Of a stretch of DNA of 64,000 nucleotides, positions 28,595 through 38,068 are shown in pieces (the first letter of the stretch is position 1; each line of letters opens with the position of its first letter). Location of the stretch: positions 97,513 through 161,512 of the forward strand of contig JAOAKI010000004.1 of NCBI GenBank assembly GCA_026413765.1, written 5' to 3'. The translations under genes and the position numbers were made by a program. Origin of the DNA: Candidatus Micrarchaeota archaeon (GTDB lineage: Archaea; Micrarchaeota; Micrarchaeia; Anstonellales; Anstonellaceae). A model generated the notes under the pieces. The model did not search any database. It saw nothing but the letters and a program-made list of their open reading frames with translations, and had not been told where the DNA came from.

Positions 28595-28622
28595 TTTCGG
28601 AAAATGAAAAATAGGTGAGAGG

Positions 28623-29042
28623 ATGGATTCCAAATATTTGTTTTATGTTGTTATGGTGGGTACATTTTTGTTCTTAGGGTTGATTTTTTTCTCAAGTCAA
28701 AAACTTGAGGATATGCCAATTGACGAAACTATCCCTGTCTCCAATCTTTCGACACCACAAAATATAAGTGGCGAAGCTCAGGAAGTCTCGATCAGAGCGC
28801 TGAAAACAGGAAGATATGACAAAAGTATTATTGAGGTTAAGGCAGGCGTCCCAATCAAGCTGTCATTTACTGCTGATCCAGGGGCTGGTTGTGGCCGCCA
28901 GCTGCTCATCGACAACGTCGGGATAAATCTTATTTCGAGAAACGGAGAAACCGTTGTCGCCTATTTCACATTTCCGCAGCCAGGCAGGTATAATTTCCAT
29001 TGTGCGATGAATATGTTTAGGGGAACTTTCATAGCAAATTGA
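28623..29042 (+). CDS. Membrane-anchored cupredoxin-like domain protein (CupA-like)
   Basis: N-terminal TM; IEVKAGVPIKL, GCG, PGRYNFHCAMNMFRG. Confidence 0.8.
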   Translation: MDSKYLFYVVMVGTFLFLGLIFFSSQKLEDMPIDETIPVSNLSTPQNISGEAQEVSIRALKTGRYDKSIIEVKAGVPIKLSFTADPGAGCGRQLLIDNVGINLISRNGETVVAYFTFPQPGRYNFHCAMNMFRGTFIAN

Positions 29043-29070
29043 TTTTTGAGTGTTAACTTTTTGCAAAGAC

Positions 29071-29097
29071 TGTTAATACCGTATTAACATTTATAAA
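29071..29097 (+). promoter_or_regulatory. Inverted repeat TGTTAATAC-C-GTATTAACA abutting TATA box TTTATAAA upstream of dnaJ
   Basis: Perfect 9-bp arms at 29071-29089; TATA at 29090-29097. Confidence 0.6.
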
Positions 29098-29138
29098 TCA
29101 AATCCCATATAATTGTGAATATTACAGAGGGTATATTT

Positions 29139-30260
29139 ATGGCTACAAAACGGGACTATTATGAAATTTTAGGAGTGCCCAGAAATGCTACTTTACAGCA
29201 GATTAAGGATGCTTATCGCAATTTAGCGTTAAAATACCACCCGGACCGAAATAAGGAGCCAGGGGCAGAAGAAAAATTTAAGGAAATATCTGAAGCTTAT
29301 GCTGTCCTTTCAGATCCTGAAAAAAGGGCAGCATATGACCAGTTTGGCCATGCAGGATTTGACCAGCGCTACACTCAAGAAGACATTTTCAGGACGACGA
29401 ATTTTGAAGATATATTTAGAGAGTTTGGATTCGGCTTTGAAGGATCTCCGTTTGAGGATTTGTTTGGCTCTGCATTTTTCGGAAAAGAATTCACAAAAAG
29501 GAGAAAAAGAGGCGCAGATTTGCGCTATGACTTGTATCTGACTTTGGATGAAGCCGCAAAAGGCGTCACAAAAGTAATTACCTACAAGCACAACAAAGCA
29601 TGCGAAAGATGCGGCGGGAGTGGTGCAGAGCCTGGCTCTGGCTTTTCAACATGCTCTAAGTGCGGCGGCAGCGGCCAAATAAGAACGACAAAAAGGCTGG
29701 GTGCATTTGGAAGCTTTACCTCTGTTTCTACATGCAATGCTTGTTATGGCGAAGGAAAGAAAGCAGAAAAGATATGCTCTTCATGTAAAGGCAACGGCGC
29801 AAAAGTCGTGGAGGAAAATGTTGAGGTTGAAATTCCGCCAGGAGTAGATACTGGATCACAATTGAGGCTAGCTGGTTTGGGAGAAAATGGGCCAGGCGGG
29901 TCCGGAGACCTATATGTCTTTGTTCATGTTAAAGAGCACCCCCAATTCAAGCGTGATGGGGATGACATATACGTCGATGCAGAAATATCCTTTGCCCAGG
30001 CAGCCCTTGGAGCAGAAATAGAAGTTCCTACCTTATTTGGAAAGGCAAAACTCAAGATTCCTGCCGGCACGCAGACCCATAGTTTATTTCGCATGAAAGG
30101 CATGGGGATGCCAAATCCGCACACAAAAAGGAAAGGCGACCAATACGTCCGTGTTATCGTCAAAACACCCACTAATCTTAGCGACAAACAAAAGAAACTT
30201 CTTGCAGAATTCGAAGCTGCATCAAAGAAAGGCGGCATTTTTGACCAAATGTTCAGATAG
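29139..30260 (+). CDS. dnaJ: Molecular chaperone DnaJ
   Basis: J domain with HPD, G/F-rich region, four CxxCxGxG repeats, C-terminal domain. Confidence 0.97.
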   Translation: MATKRDYYEILGVPRNATLQQIKDAYRNLALKYHPDRNKEPGAEEKFKEISEAYAVLSDPEKRAAYDQFGHAGFDQRYTQEDIFRTTNFEDIFREFGFGFEGSPFEDLFGSAFFGKEFTKRRKRGADLRYDLYLTLDEAAKGVTKVITYKHNKACERCGGSGAEPGSGFSTCSKCGGSGQIRTTKRLGAFGSFTSVSTCNACYGEGKKAEKICSSCKGNGAKVVEENVEVEIPPGVDTGSQLRLAGLGENGPGGSGDLYVFVHVKEHPQFKRDGDDIYVDAEISFAQAALGAEIEVPTLFGKAKLKIPAGTQTHSLFRMKGMGMPNPHTKRKGDQYVRVIVKTPTNLSDKQKKLLAEFEAASKKGGIFDQMFR

Positions 30261-30302
30261 CTTCTATTTCTATTTTTAACTTTTACGAGTTATTTTGTAA
30301 TC

Positions 30303-31847
30303 ATGACTGAAAGCAATGACGAATCAAAAAAATCTCTGCATTGGGCAGAACAGCTTGCATTGCAAATAATCCAGGCAAAGCCAGAACCATACGTCATTTC
30401 GGGTGGCTTAACAACTTCTGGACCAACTCATTTAGGCACGATATGCGAGCTTTTGTTTCCTCAAGCTATAGTCAATGCAATAAAATATTCAGGTTATCAA
30501 GCAAAATATTATTTTGTTGTAGATATCTTTGATGCATTCGACTCAATCCCCTCTGTCTTTGGCGATTTTTCAGACATCTTAACTGAGCATTTGGGAAAGC
30601 CTCTAAGCGATGTTCCTGACCCGCAAAAGTGCCATCAATCATTCGGCGACCACTTTTTTGCAGATGCCAAAGAAGCGGCAGAAAAATTTGGGATTGCGCC
30701 AACGTTTGTCAGAGCAACCGACTTATATCGAAGCGGGGCATTTGACTCATATGCGCATCTTTTCTTAAAAAACGAAGAAAAGGTAAGAAAGATTGTGGCG
30801 CAAAGCTCTTTGCGCCAGGACCTGCCTGCTTGGTGGTCACCAATAATGCCCATTTGCCAAAATTGCGGCAAAATAGCAACAACCAGAGTTCTTAGACATG
30901 ATTTTTTTGAATATGAATATGTTTGTGATAGGGACGTAGAGTATGTCAAGGGTTGCGGTTTTGCAGGCAAAAACAAAATAAGTGATCACCAATACAAGCT
31001 TACTTGGAGGCTGCATTGGCCAGCATGGCAGGATTATTTCAAGACTTCTGCAGAGGGCGGCGGGGTTGACCATTTCACACGAGGCGGAAGTCGCGATACG
31101 CTTGAGCTTATCTTTAAGGAAATCTTCAACAAAGAGCCACCAATAGGATATAGGTGGGGCTTTATTCTGTTTGAAGGGAAAAAATATAGCAAAAGTAAGG
31201 GGACAGGAATAAGCGTAAACGAGCTTTTGTCGTTGCTACCGCCAGAAGTGATAAAATACGTGCTTCTTAAGCCAGATATCCAAGAGAATATTGACATTAG
31301 GCCGACATCGGATTATCTTCTTGATGCGATTCTAGATTTTGAAAAAGCAACTGGGCTCCTAAATAAAGATGCAGAAAATCTTTCGCGCGCAGACCGGAAA
31401 AAGATGTTGGCTGCAAAATTGGCCTTAGAGGGCTGCAAGATAAAAAGTTGGAAAACATCATTTTTGGATTTGATTCTCTATAGGGGCTTGCAGTGGAACT
31501 GGGAAAGGATTGCAAAAGAGACAAACGATCCTGCTGTAGTTGAATTCTTCCGCCCATATGTCGAAGAGTGGGAAAAAAAGAAATTCATACCAGAAGATTA
31601 TTCATTTTCTTACCAGCCAAAAAAAGCAGAAGGGCCTGCAAAGGCTTATTTTTTGAAGTTGGATGCAAAGATGAATGCCTTGGACATACACAATCTTGCT
31701 TTCAATGTGGCAAAAGAGATCGGGTTGCCTCCAGCAGACTTATTCAAGGAGTGCTATCTTGTCCTTCTTGGAAAGCCTAAAGGCCCAAAACTTGGCAAAT
31801 TAATCGAAGCGATAGGAATAGAAAGAATAAAGCAAGATGTGTTGTGA
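30303..31847 (+). CDS. lysS: Lysine--tRNA ligase, class I
   Basis: HWAE, GLTTSGPTHLG, PICQNCGKI, KLTWRLHWPAW, GVDH, KYSKSKG, GPKLG. Confidence 0.92.
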   Translation: MTESNDESKKSLHWAEQLALQIIQAKPEPYVISGGLTTSGPTHLGTICELLFPQAIVNAIKYSGYQAKYYFVVDIFDAFDSIPSVFGDFSDILTEHLGKPLSDVPDPQKCHQSFGDHFFADAKEAAEKFGIAPTFVRATDLYRSGAFDSYAHLFLKNEEKVRKIVAQSSLRQDLPAWWSPIMPICQNCGKIATTRVLRHDFFEYEYVCDRDVEYVKGCGFAGKNKISDHQYKLTWRLHWPAWQDYFKTSAEGGGVDHFTRGGSRDTLELIFKEIFNKEPPIGYRWGFILFEGKKYSKSKGTGISVNELLSLLPPEVIKYVLLKPDIQENIDIRPTSDYLLDAILDFEKATGLLNKDAENLSRADRKKMLAAKLALEGCKIKSWKTSFLDLILYRGLQWNWERIAKETNDPAVVEFFRPYVEEWEKKKFIPEDYSFSYQPKKAEGPAKAYFLKLDAKMNALDIHNLAFNVAKEIGLPPADLFKECYLVLLGKPKGPKLGKLIEAIGIERIKQDVL

Positions 31848-32791
31848 TGAAAAAGGCGGATATCAAGATGGATTTCTTTTATTTGGAGAACAAAGCATAT
31901 TACACAAGAAAAGGGACCAAAATATATGGCGATTTTCTGACTTATGGGCAAGGCAAAATGCTTGCACAGTGCAATGCGATTGAACTTTGCAGAAAATACG
32001 CCAATACAGATAAGGAGATTGTTGTTTGCGAGTATGGCGTTGGCGATGGAAACTTCGCAAAAATTTTTCTGGATAATACAAAGAAAATAGACAAAGAAAT
32101 ATACGCAAACATGTCTTATTTTCTTTTTGATTTCTCGGAAAAGATGCTTATGGGTGCAAAAAGAAAGCTAAGCAGCCATTCTTCAAAAATACATGTCGAG
32201 AGATTTGATGTGCTTTTTGATACGCCTGCTATTGGTTTCGATTATTGCAGGATAAACGAGCTATTAACTGACCTGCCTGCCAGATTTTTCGCAAAAAAAG
32301 ATGGCAGCTTTTATGAATGCAAAATTTCGAAAGACGGGTTCAGGTTTGCTTCAAAAACAAAGAACACCGATGTGATTTTATTCCTGGAAAGAATCGATGA
32401 AAAAAGAATCATCCCATTCAATTTTTTTGCAGCTGAATTTATCGCTAAGCTGTCTGCGAAGGCAAAAAAAGGCGCCTGGATTGACATTTTTGATTATGGA
32501 TTTTATTCCCCACGCGATATCTTAGATGTTCCTATTGATGCATGGAACAAAACAGTTGTTAGGAAATATGCAAAACAAATAACAACCGACTTGAATTTCG
32601 TTTATCTGCTTTCTGCTGGCGCAAGTTTTGGCTTGAGAGGACAAATCGAAAAGCAGATCGAATATGCAGAAAAAATAATTGGCAGAAAGCTTTGCGTTGT
32701 GGAAAGAAAAAACTTGCTTGATTATTCGATTTCAAGGCATCCGGAGATGACTGAAGATGACGGATTTTATCATTTGCGCTTCATGGTTTGA
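31844..32791 (+). CDS. SAM-dependent methyltransferase, MidA/NDUFAF7-like
   Basis: YY...GDFLT, EYGVGDG (motif I), INELLTDLP, IFDYG, QITTDLNF. Confidence 0.7.
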   Translation: MMKKADIKMDFFYLENKAYYTRKGTKIYGDFLTYGQGKMLAQCNAIELCRKYANTDKEIVVCEYGVGDGNFAKIFLDNTKKIDKEIYANMSYFLFDFSEKMLMGAKRKLSSHSSKIHVERFDVLFDTPAIGFDYCRINELLTDLPARFFAKKDGSFYECKISKDGFRFASKTKNTDVILFLERIDEKRIIPFNFFAAEFIAKLSAKAKKGAWIDIFDYGFYSPRDILDVPIDAWNKTVVRKYAKQITTDLNFVYLLSAGASFGLRGQIEKQIEYAEKIIGRKLCVVERKNLLDYSISRHPEMTEDDGFYHLRFMV

Positions 32792-32818
32792 AAGGCTTGG
32801 AAAAAACTAAAAGATTGA

Positions 32819-33097
32819 ATGATGAAATATCTGCTGGTCAATATGATGAAGGTCTTTTCCAAAATTAAAGAGCTGGCGTTGGTTGGAATTGGAGGCCTCA
32901 GTGGAATTGCGGGCCTTGCTGGAACATTTGGGCTTTGCTGTTCCCCACTTGTCGGGGGACTTTTTGCACTTTTTGGGATAAGCTCAACTGCTTTTCTTCT
33001 TTCCTACAACTGGCTCTTTTTGGCATTCAGCCTTTTTGCATTTGTGCTCTTGATGTGGCATATAAAAAGCCAAAAAGCATGCCAACTGAAAAATTAA
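32819..33097 (+). CDS. Small membrane protein with CC motif (MerT/MerC-like)
   Basis: GLCCSP within a hydrophobic segment, second TM helix, C-terminal KAC. Confidence 0.5.
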   Translation: MMKYLLVNMMKVFSKIKELALVGIGGLSGIAGLAGTFGLCCSPLVGGLFALFGISSTAFLLSYNWLFLAFSLFAFVLLMWHIKSQKACQLKN

Positions 33098-33247
33098 GTG
33101 GGCATTTTTGTGTAAATGTAGAAACATTTAAATACAGTTTTATACACAAATTCTGCTTGCCGGAGGGAAATATTAAAAAACAATGAATAAATAACTCAGC
33201 ACTTTTTGCAATATGCTCTGCTTGAGCAAAAGCGCTGAGGTGTTATT

Positions 33248-33772
33248 ATGGGTTTGAGACCTGCGAGAACATGCCGTTCAATAGATAAGCCAGCATGGAC
33301 ACGCTATTCAAAAAAGAAACCGCGCAAATCCTATGTAAAAGCAATGCCTCACCTTTCATTGCTTGTGTATGAAATGGGGAATAGAAATCAGCCATTTGAC
33401 TATACTTATGACCTTGTAGCCGAAGAAAGCGTGCAGCTTCGCGATAATGCTTTGGAAGCAGCAAGGCAAGCTGCAAACAAATATTTGGAAAAGTCGAGCC
33501 CAAATGCATACTTTTTCAAAGTAAGAGTCTATCCACACAATGTAATCCGTGAAAACAAGATGATTGCCGGAGCAGGCGCGGACAGACTGCAAAAGGGAAT
33601 GAGGAGGGCATATGGAAGGCCTACTGATAGGGCAGCGCGCGTAAAAAAAGGGCAGGCAATTTTCACAATAAATGTAAAGGGCGACCATGCAGCAGATGTT
33701 GAAGAGGCATTCAGGCGTGCCCAAAGGAAGCTTTCCGGCAAATACAAGATTGTAAAGAAGCCGTTCAGTTGA
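33248..33772 (+). CDS. rpl10e: 50S ribosomal protein L10e (uL16)
   Basis: MGLRPA, QLRDNALEAARQAANKYL, RENKMIAGAGADRLQKGMRRAYGRP. Confidence 0.96.
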   Translation: MGLRPARTCRSIDKPAWTRYSKKKPRKSYVKAMPHLSLLVYEMGNRNQPFDYTYDLVAEESVQLRDNALEAARQAANKYLEKSSPNAYFFKVRVYPHNVIRENKMIAGAGADRLQKGMRRAYGRPTDRAARVKKGQAIFTINVKGDHAADVEEAFRRAQRKLSGKYKIVKKPFS

Positions 33773-33777
33773 TATTT

Positions 33778-35664
33778 ATGAGCAATGAACGCATAAAAAC
33801 ACAGCTTGATGATTTGATTGAAATATTGAAAAATGCTTCTAGGCCGATGAGCGTTCGGGAGCTTTCAGAAGCATGCGGTTTGAATGAGAAAGACACGCTC
33901 AAATGGGTCAGCATTTTGGAAAACGAAGGGTCTGTCGAGCTTCAAAACAAGATAAGCGGAGTCTATGTGAGATGGATTGCCTTCACTGACGTTAAAAGCC
34001 AGCATCCGCACGAAATCTCTGAAACTGCAATCAGGGTAGCGCAGGAGATAGAGCAAAAAGCAAAAGAAGAGATGAAAAGGATGATTCCAAAGCAAGAGGA
34101 TGCTGGACAGGCAAGCGAGCTTGCGGAAGCTTACATTGAGGATGAGGAAAGAAAAATCGAAGATCAGCTGAAAAAAGTCGAGTCAATGCTTGAGATGTTG
34201 CGGAAGCAGAAAGAATCCTCCGGCAGCCAAGAGATGCAAAGCCAGCAGCAGACATCTGCACCTTCAACCCCGCAACAGCCGCAGGAAAGTGAAAACACGC
34301 AAAGCCTTGAAGTCGCAGGCAAAAACGCCGAAAGTGAAAACGTTGGAGAACTGCCCGCTGAACATGCAAAGGAAACTCGCGTTCAGCACAATTATTCAAC
34401 CTTAGCAGCTCCTTCGATAAAGCCAATTTTCAAGCAAAAGAAGAAAAAGATAGAAAAGCCAAAACCAGTGCCCGTAAGAAGTGTTTCGATACAATTTTCG
34501 GAAAGGCTTGCAAGGCAAGTGCAAAAAATCATAAAACAAAACCAGCAGATTGAGAAATTGCGCCAAGAAAAGGAAAGGCTTCTTGTTGAATATTATCTGC
34601 CTCTCCAAAGAAAGTTCGAATCAGAAATTGAAACGATATCGGAGAGGGTGTTGCGCTTAGAAAAAAATATCCTTGGCATGCAACAAAAAGCTGCAGACCT
34701 GCCCAATCAAATCTCATCAATAGAGAAACTGCAATTTGCATCCATTAAAGCCTATAACCAGGCGCAGAGGGCTTATGACGAGGCGGTTGCGCAAATGGAA
34801 GATGTGCTTTCTGCGCTGTCAACAGAGAGAGAAAAAATCGCTTCATTGATTGATGAGTCTCGCAGCGATGTTGCAATGCACAAGGCAAAGATGCTTGAGT
34901 TGGAGCAGACAATCAAAGATATTGGCGCATTGGAGGAGGACGTCTCAAACAAGGTCATCCAAGCTCGCGCAGCTCTTGCAGAAGAGGCTGAAAGGATTGC
35001 TTCCGCAGAAAAATACATCAGTGAGCTGAAAAGCCTCAAAGAAGAAATCATCCAGACAGTTGCGGATATGAAAAGGGAGATGGGTACGACAAAAGCAGCA
35101 CTGACAACTCTGGAGAAACAGATAGAGCAGTTAAAGCAAGTTGAGCTTTACCTTGTCTCTCTTCGAAAAGACTATGACCAAAAAATGGATGAAATATCAG
35201 CCTATATCCGGCAAGGCAACCAAGATTTTGAGACTCTGAGGGAAGCGGTCGAGGCAAATTTCGTCCGAAGGTATCTAAAAGAGCTCAGGGAGCTGACAGA
35301 AAGCTATGCGTATGAATTTAACCAGGCAAAACGCCTTGAAAGCGACATTGATAAACAAATCGATGCCGAGAAGAAGAAGCTTGAGCAATTAATTGAAGAA
35401 GGAAAAAAGATTGCGCACCTTTATGAGCTCCAAAGCAAAGAGGTGCAGGGAGCCGAAGCATTTGAGCAACATGGCAAGCGGCTGCAAGATATTGAGCAAT
35501 TGGTCCAAAAAAGAAGCGAGCTTGAGTCAATTATTGCCCAAATAATGGAAAAGAGAGGGCCGCACATTACAGTTGCCTCTCAGCCCATCGTACTAAAAAG
35601 GAAAAAGAAGCAGCGCACTGGCAACAAAAAGCATTCAAAAGGCGGTAAGAAAGCAAAGAAATAG
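33778..35664 (+). CDS. Hypothetical protein: N-terminal wHTH, low-complexity linker, long coiled coil, basic tail
   Basis: MSVRELSEACGLNEKDTLKWVSILENEG (HTH-like); E/K/Q-rich heptads over about 350 aa; ends KKHSKGGKKAKK. Confidence 0.75.
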   Translation: MSNERIKTQLDDLIEILKNASRPMSVRELSEACGLNEKDTLKWVSILENEGSVELQNKISGVYVRWIAFTDVKSQHPHEISETAIRVAQEIEQKAKEEMKRMIPKQEDAGQASELAEAYIEDEERKIEDQLKKVESMLEMLRKQKESSGSQEMQSQQQTSAPSTPQQPQESENTQSLEVAGKNAESENVGELPAEHAKETRVQHNYSTLAAPSIKPIFKQKKKKIEKPKPVPVRSVSIQFSERLARQVQKIIKQNQQIEKLRQEKERLLVEYYLPLQRKFESEIETISERVLRLEKNILGMQQKAADLPNQISSIEKLQFASIKAYNQAQRAYDEAVAQMEDVLSALSTEREKIASLIDESRSDVAMHKAKMLELEQTIKDIGALEEDVSNKVIQARAALAEEAERIASAEKYISELKSLKEEIIQTVADMKREMGTTKAALTTLEKQIEQLKQVELYLVSLRKDYDQKMDEISAYIRQGNQDFETLREAVEANFVRRYLKELRELTESYAYEFNQAKRLESDIDKQIDAEKKKLEQLIEEGKKIAHLYELQSKEVQGAEAFEQHGKRLQDIEQLVQKRSELESIIAQIMEKRGPHITVASQPIVLKRKKKQRTGNKKHSKGGKKAKK

Positions 35665-35795
35665 GCAATAAGCAAAATTCTGCGGTGGCTGTAAATGTTT
35701 TTAATTTTTTCTATACTTAACCTGCCTTAAGCGGCTTGCCGCTTTATTCCCGCATCGCAGGCTTGACCATTTCGTTGCGAAATGGGAGGGAAAAG

Positions 35796-36428
35796 ATGGA
35801 CAAAAAGTTGATTACTGAAGCTCTCAAAAAGGCGCTTGAAGACAAGGGCAAACGGAAATTTGTCCAGTCGGTCGAATTCATCATCAACTTCAAAGGGATT
35901 GATTTTTCTAAAGCAGAAAATAGGCTCAATTTGGACATAATTTTGCCGAAGGGAAAGGGCAAAGAGCAAGACGTGATTGTCTTTGCTGAAGGGCAAATGG
36001 CGCTTGATGCGAAAAATGCAGGCGCAGCTGATGTTATCGATTCAAATGGCATTCAGAAGCTTGCGGCAGAGAAAAGCAAGCTCAAAGCGCTTGCAAAGCG
36101 CAACGAATTCATAGCACAGCCGAATTTGATGATTCAAGTTGGAAAATTGTTGGGACAGGTTCTTGGCTCAAAAGGAAGGTTGCCGAGGCCAATCGTAGGT
36201 CCTGTAAAAGAGGCCATTGACCATGCAAAAAGAAGAGTGCGTCTCGCAACAAGGGGCAAATATTTGCCGGTTGCCCAATGCGTAATTGGGACTGAAAACA
36301 TGAGCATTGAGGATTTGGTTGAAAATTTTGAGGCAGTGTACGACAAAGTAAAATCAAAAATAAATGAGTCGTCAATTAAATCTATTTACGTAAAGCTAAC
36401 TATGGGAAAGCCGGTAAAAGTTATTTAA
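35796..36428 (+). CDS. rpl1: 50S ribosomal protein L1 (uL1)
   Basis: KRKFVQSVEFIINFKGID, LGQVLGSKGRLP, SIYVKLTMGKPVKV. Confidence 0.96.
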   Translation: MDKKLITEALKKALEDKGKRKFVQSVEFIINFKGIDFSKAENRLNLDIILPKGKGKEQDVIVFAEGQMALDAKNAGAADVIDSNGIQKLAAEKSKLKALAKRNEFIAQPNLMIQVGKLLGQVLGSKGRLPRPIVGPVKEAIDHAKRRVRLATRGKYLPVAQCVIGTENMSIEDLVENFEAVYDKVKSKINESSIKSIYVKLTMGKPVKVI

Positions 36429-36437
36429 GGTGTCGAA

Positions 36438-37343
36438 ATGACAAAAAGGAAAATCAAGGAAAAAGAAAAAGCAAAAATCAGGCCAGCGATTCAGGCAAAA
36501 ATGAAGATAGTCGAAAACATTGTGCAGACTGCAAGCAAATATCCAGTCATTGGGCTGCTTAATTTGCGCAATCTTCCTGACAGGCTTTTGCAATCATGCC
36601 GCAAGAAACTGAGAGGCTCGACCGAATTTATCGTGGCAAAAAACAGCGTAATTGCGCGTGCGTTGGATAAGCTTGGGAAAAGCCAGTTAGCCGAGCACTT
36701 GGACTCGCCCACTGCGCTTATTTTCACAACCCACACGCCTTATTCAATTTACAAGTTCTTTAAAGAAAATAAGATAAAAATAGCAGCAAAACCAGGCCAG
36801 TTGGCCCCATTTGACATTGTTGTGCCGGAAGGCGAAACTGATTTGCCGCCCGGTCCTGCTCTTTCGGAGCTAAAGAATGCCGGCATCAATGCACAAATAA
36901 AAGCAGGAAAAATAGTGGTGGCAAAAGATTCGGTGGTTGCAAAAAAAGGAACAAAGATTCCACCACTCGTCTGCAAAGCGCTCCAGAAGCTCAATATTCT
37001 GCCATTTGAGGCAATGGCAAACGTTATAGCGCTACACGACGGCAAATATGTCTATCGCGCGGATATCCTGGATTTGGATGAGCAAAAGCTTGCAGAAGAG
37101 CTTCGTGCTTGCCTGATTGACGCATTCAATCTTTCGTACAATTCATCTTTCCCAACTTCGCAAAATATCGAAGCACTTCTATCTTCTGCGATTTTGCAGG
37201 GTAGAAGCCTTGCGATAAACGGCCACGTCTACTCAGAGGCTTCGACTGGGTTGCTTCTAGCGCAGGCCGTCCTGATAGGCGAAACGCTGTCAGGAAAAGT
37301 TGGGAATTTGGAAACAACAGCTAAGCAAGCCCAAGGAGGATAA
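36438..37343 (+). CDS. rpl10: 50S ribosomal protein L10 (P0/uL10)
   Basis: VAKNSVIARAL, AAKPGQLAPFDIVVPEGETDLPPGP; located between L1 and L12. Confidence 0.95.
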   Translation: MTKRKIKEKEKAKIRPAIQAKMKIVENIVQTASKYPVIGLLNLRNLPDRLLQSCRKKLRGSTEFIVAKNSVIARALDKLGKSQLAEHLDSPTALIFTTHTPYSIYKFFKENKIKIAAKPGQLAPFDIVVPEGETDLPPGPALSELKNAGINAQIKAGKIVVAKDSVVAKKGTKIPPLVCKALQKLNILPFEAMANVIALHDGKYVYRADILDLDEQKLAEELRACLIDAFNLSYNSSFPTSQNIEALLSSAILQGRSLAINGHVYSEASTGLLLAQAVLIGETLSGKVGNLETTAKQAQGG

Positions 37344-37358
37344 AAAGGAGGTTATATT

Positions 37359-37685
37359 ATGAAAATCGACGCATATCTGCATGCTGCCCTTGTCCTTAAA
37401 GGGGCAGAAAAAGAGATAACAAAAGAGAATATTGTGGCTGTTCTTAAGGCAGCAGGGGCTTCGGTTGATGAGGCAAAAGCGCAAGTGCTGGCGGAAGCGA
37501 TCAAAGGAGTGAACTTTGAAGAGCTTTTGAAGAACGTCACAGTTGCTTCTTCAGCTCCAGCGGCACAGGCAGCACCTGCATCATCTGCTGGCCAGGCAGG
37601 AGAAGCAAAGAAAGAGGAGAAAAAGGAAGACCCTGCAAAACAAGAAGCAGCTGCGGCAGAAGGCCTTGCGGCACTCTTTGGCTAA
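37359..37685 (+). CDS. rpl12: 50S ribosomal protein L12 (P1)
   Basis: YLHAALVL...ITKENIVAVLKAAG, Ala-rich hinge, EGLAALFG C-terminus. Confidence 0.96.
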   Translation: MKIDAYLHAALVLKGAEKEITKENIVAVLKAAGASVDEAKAQVLAEAIKGVNFEELLKNVTVASSAPAAQAAPASSAGQAGEAKKEEKKEDPAKQEAAAAEGLAALFG

Positions 37686-37705
37686 GCCCTGTGTTTTTAA
37701 ACGGG

Positions 37706-37894
37706 CTACAACATCTCAGGCAACGAAAACGTCTCGGCAGCTTCATCTTGATGAAGCTGGACTGGACCGTTCTCAGTTTGAAGAATTAGGCATGTCCCTA
37801 CCCTTCTAATCGAGATTTCAATCTTGAGATTCCTCAAGCGCTCTGCCACTTCGCGCATCTCTTCATAAGTTAGTTCGCCTATATTTATTTTCAT
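37706..37894 (-). CDS. Small hypothetical protein (62 aa, MKINIGELT...)
   Basis: Strong SD AAAGGTGAT upstream of ATG at 37894. Confidence 0.55.
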   Translation of the reverse strand: MKINIGELTYEEMREVAERLRNLKIEISIRRVGTCLILQTENGPVQLHQDEAAETFSLPEML

Positions 37895-38068
37895 GATATC
37901 ACCTTTCGCTTTATCTGTTTTTTCAGCGTTTATATGCACGCGCAGACAGGTCCATGCCACTGATATAGCCATATTCCATAACAGTAAAAAGTGGAAAAAA
38001 TCTCCATTAGAAAAGAATATATACCACAATCTACAGAAAATTCATAAATGTCCATATGGAGCGAAACT

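Noticed and set aside
24165-29042. Copper cluster as a tRNA-integrated genomic island
   Set aside because: I saw no integrase and no duplicated tRNA 3' end (att site), and nth directly follows the tRNA.
33778-35664. SMC/Rad50 assignment for the coiled-coil protein
   Set aside because: It has no Walker A/B, signature motif, hinge or CxxC zinc hook.
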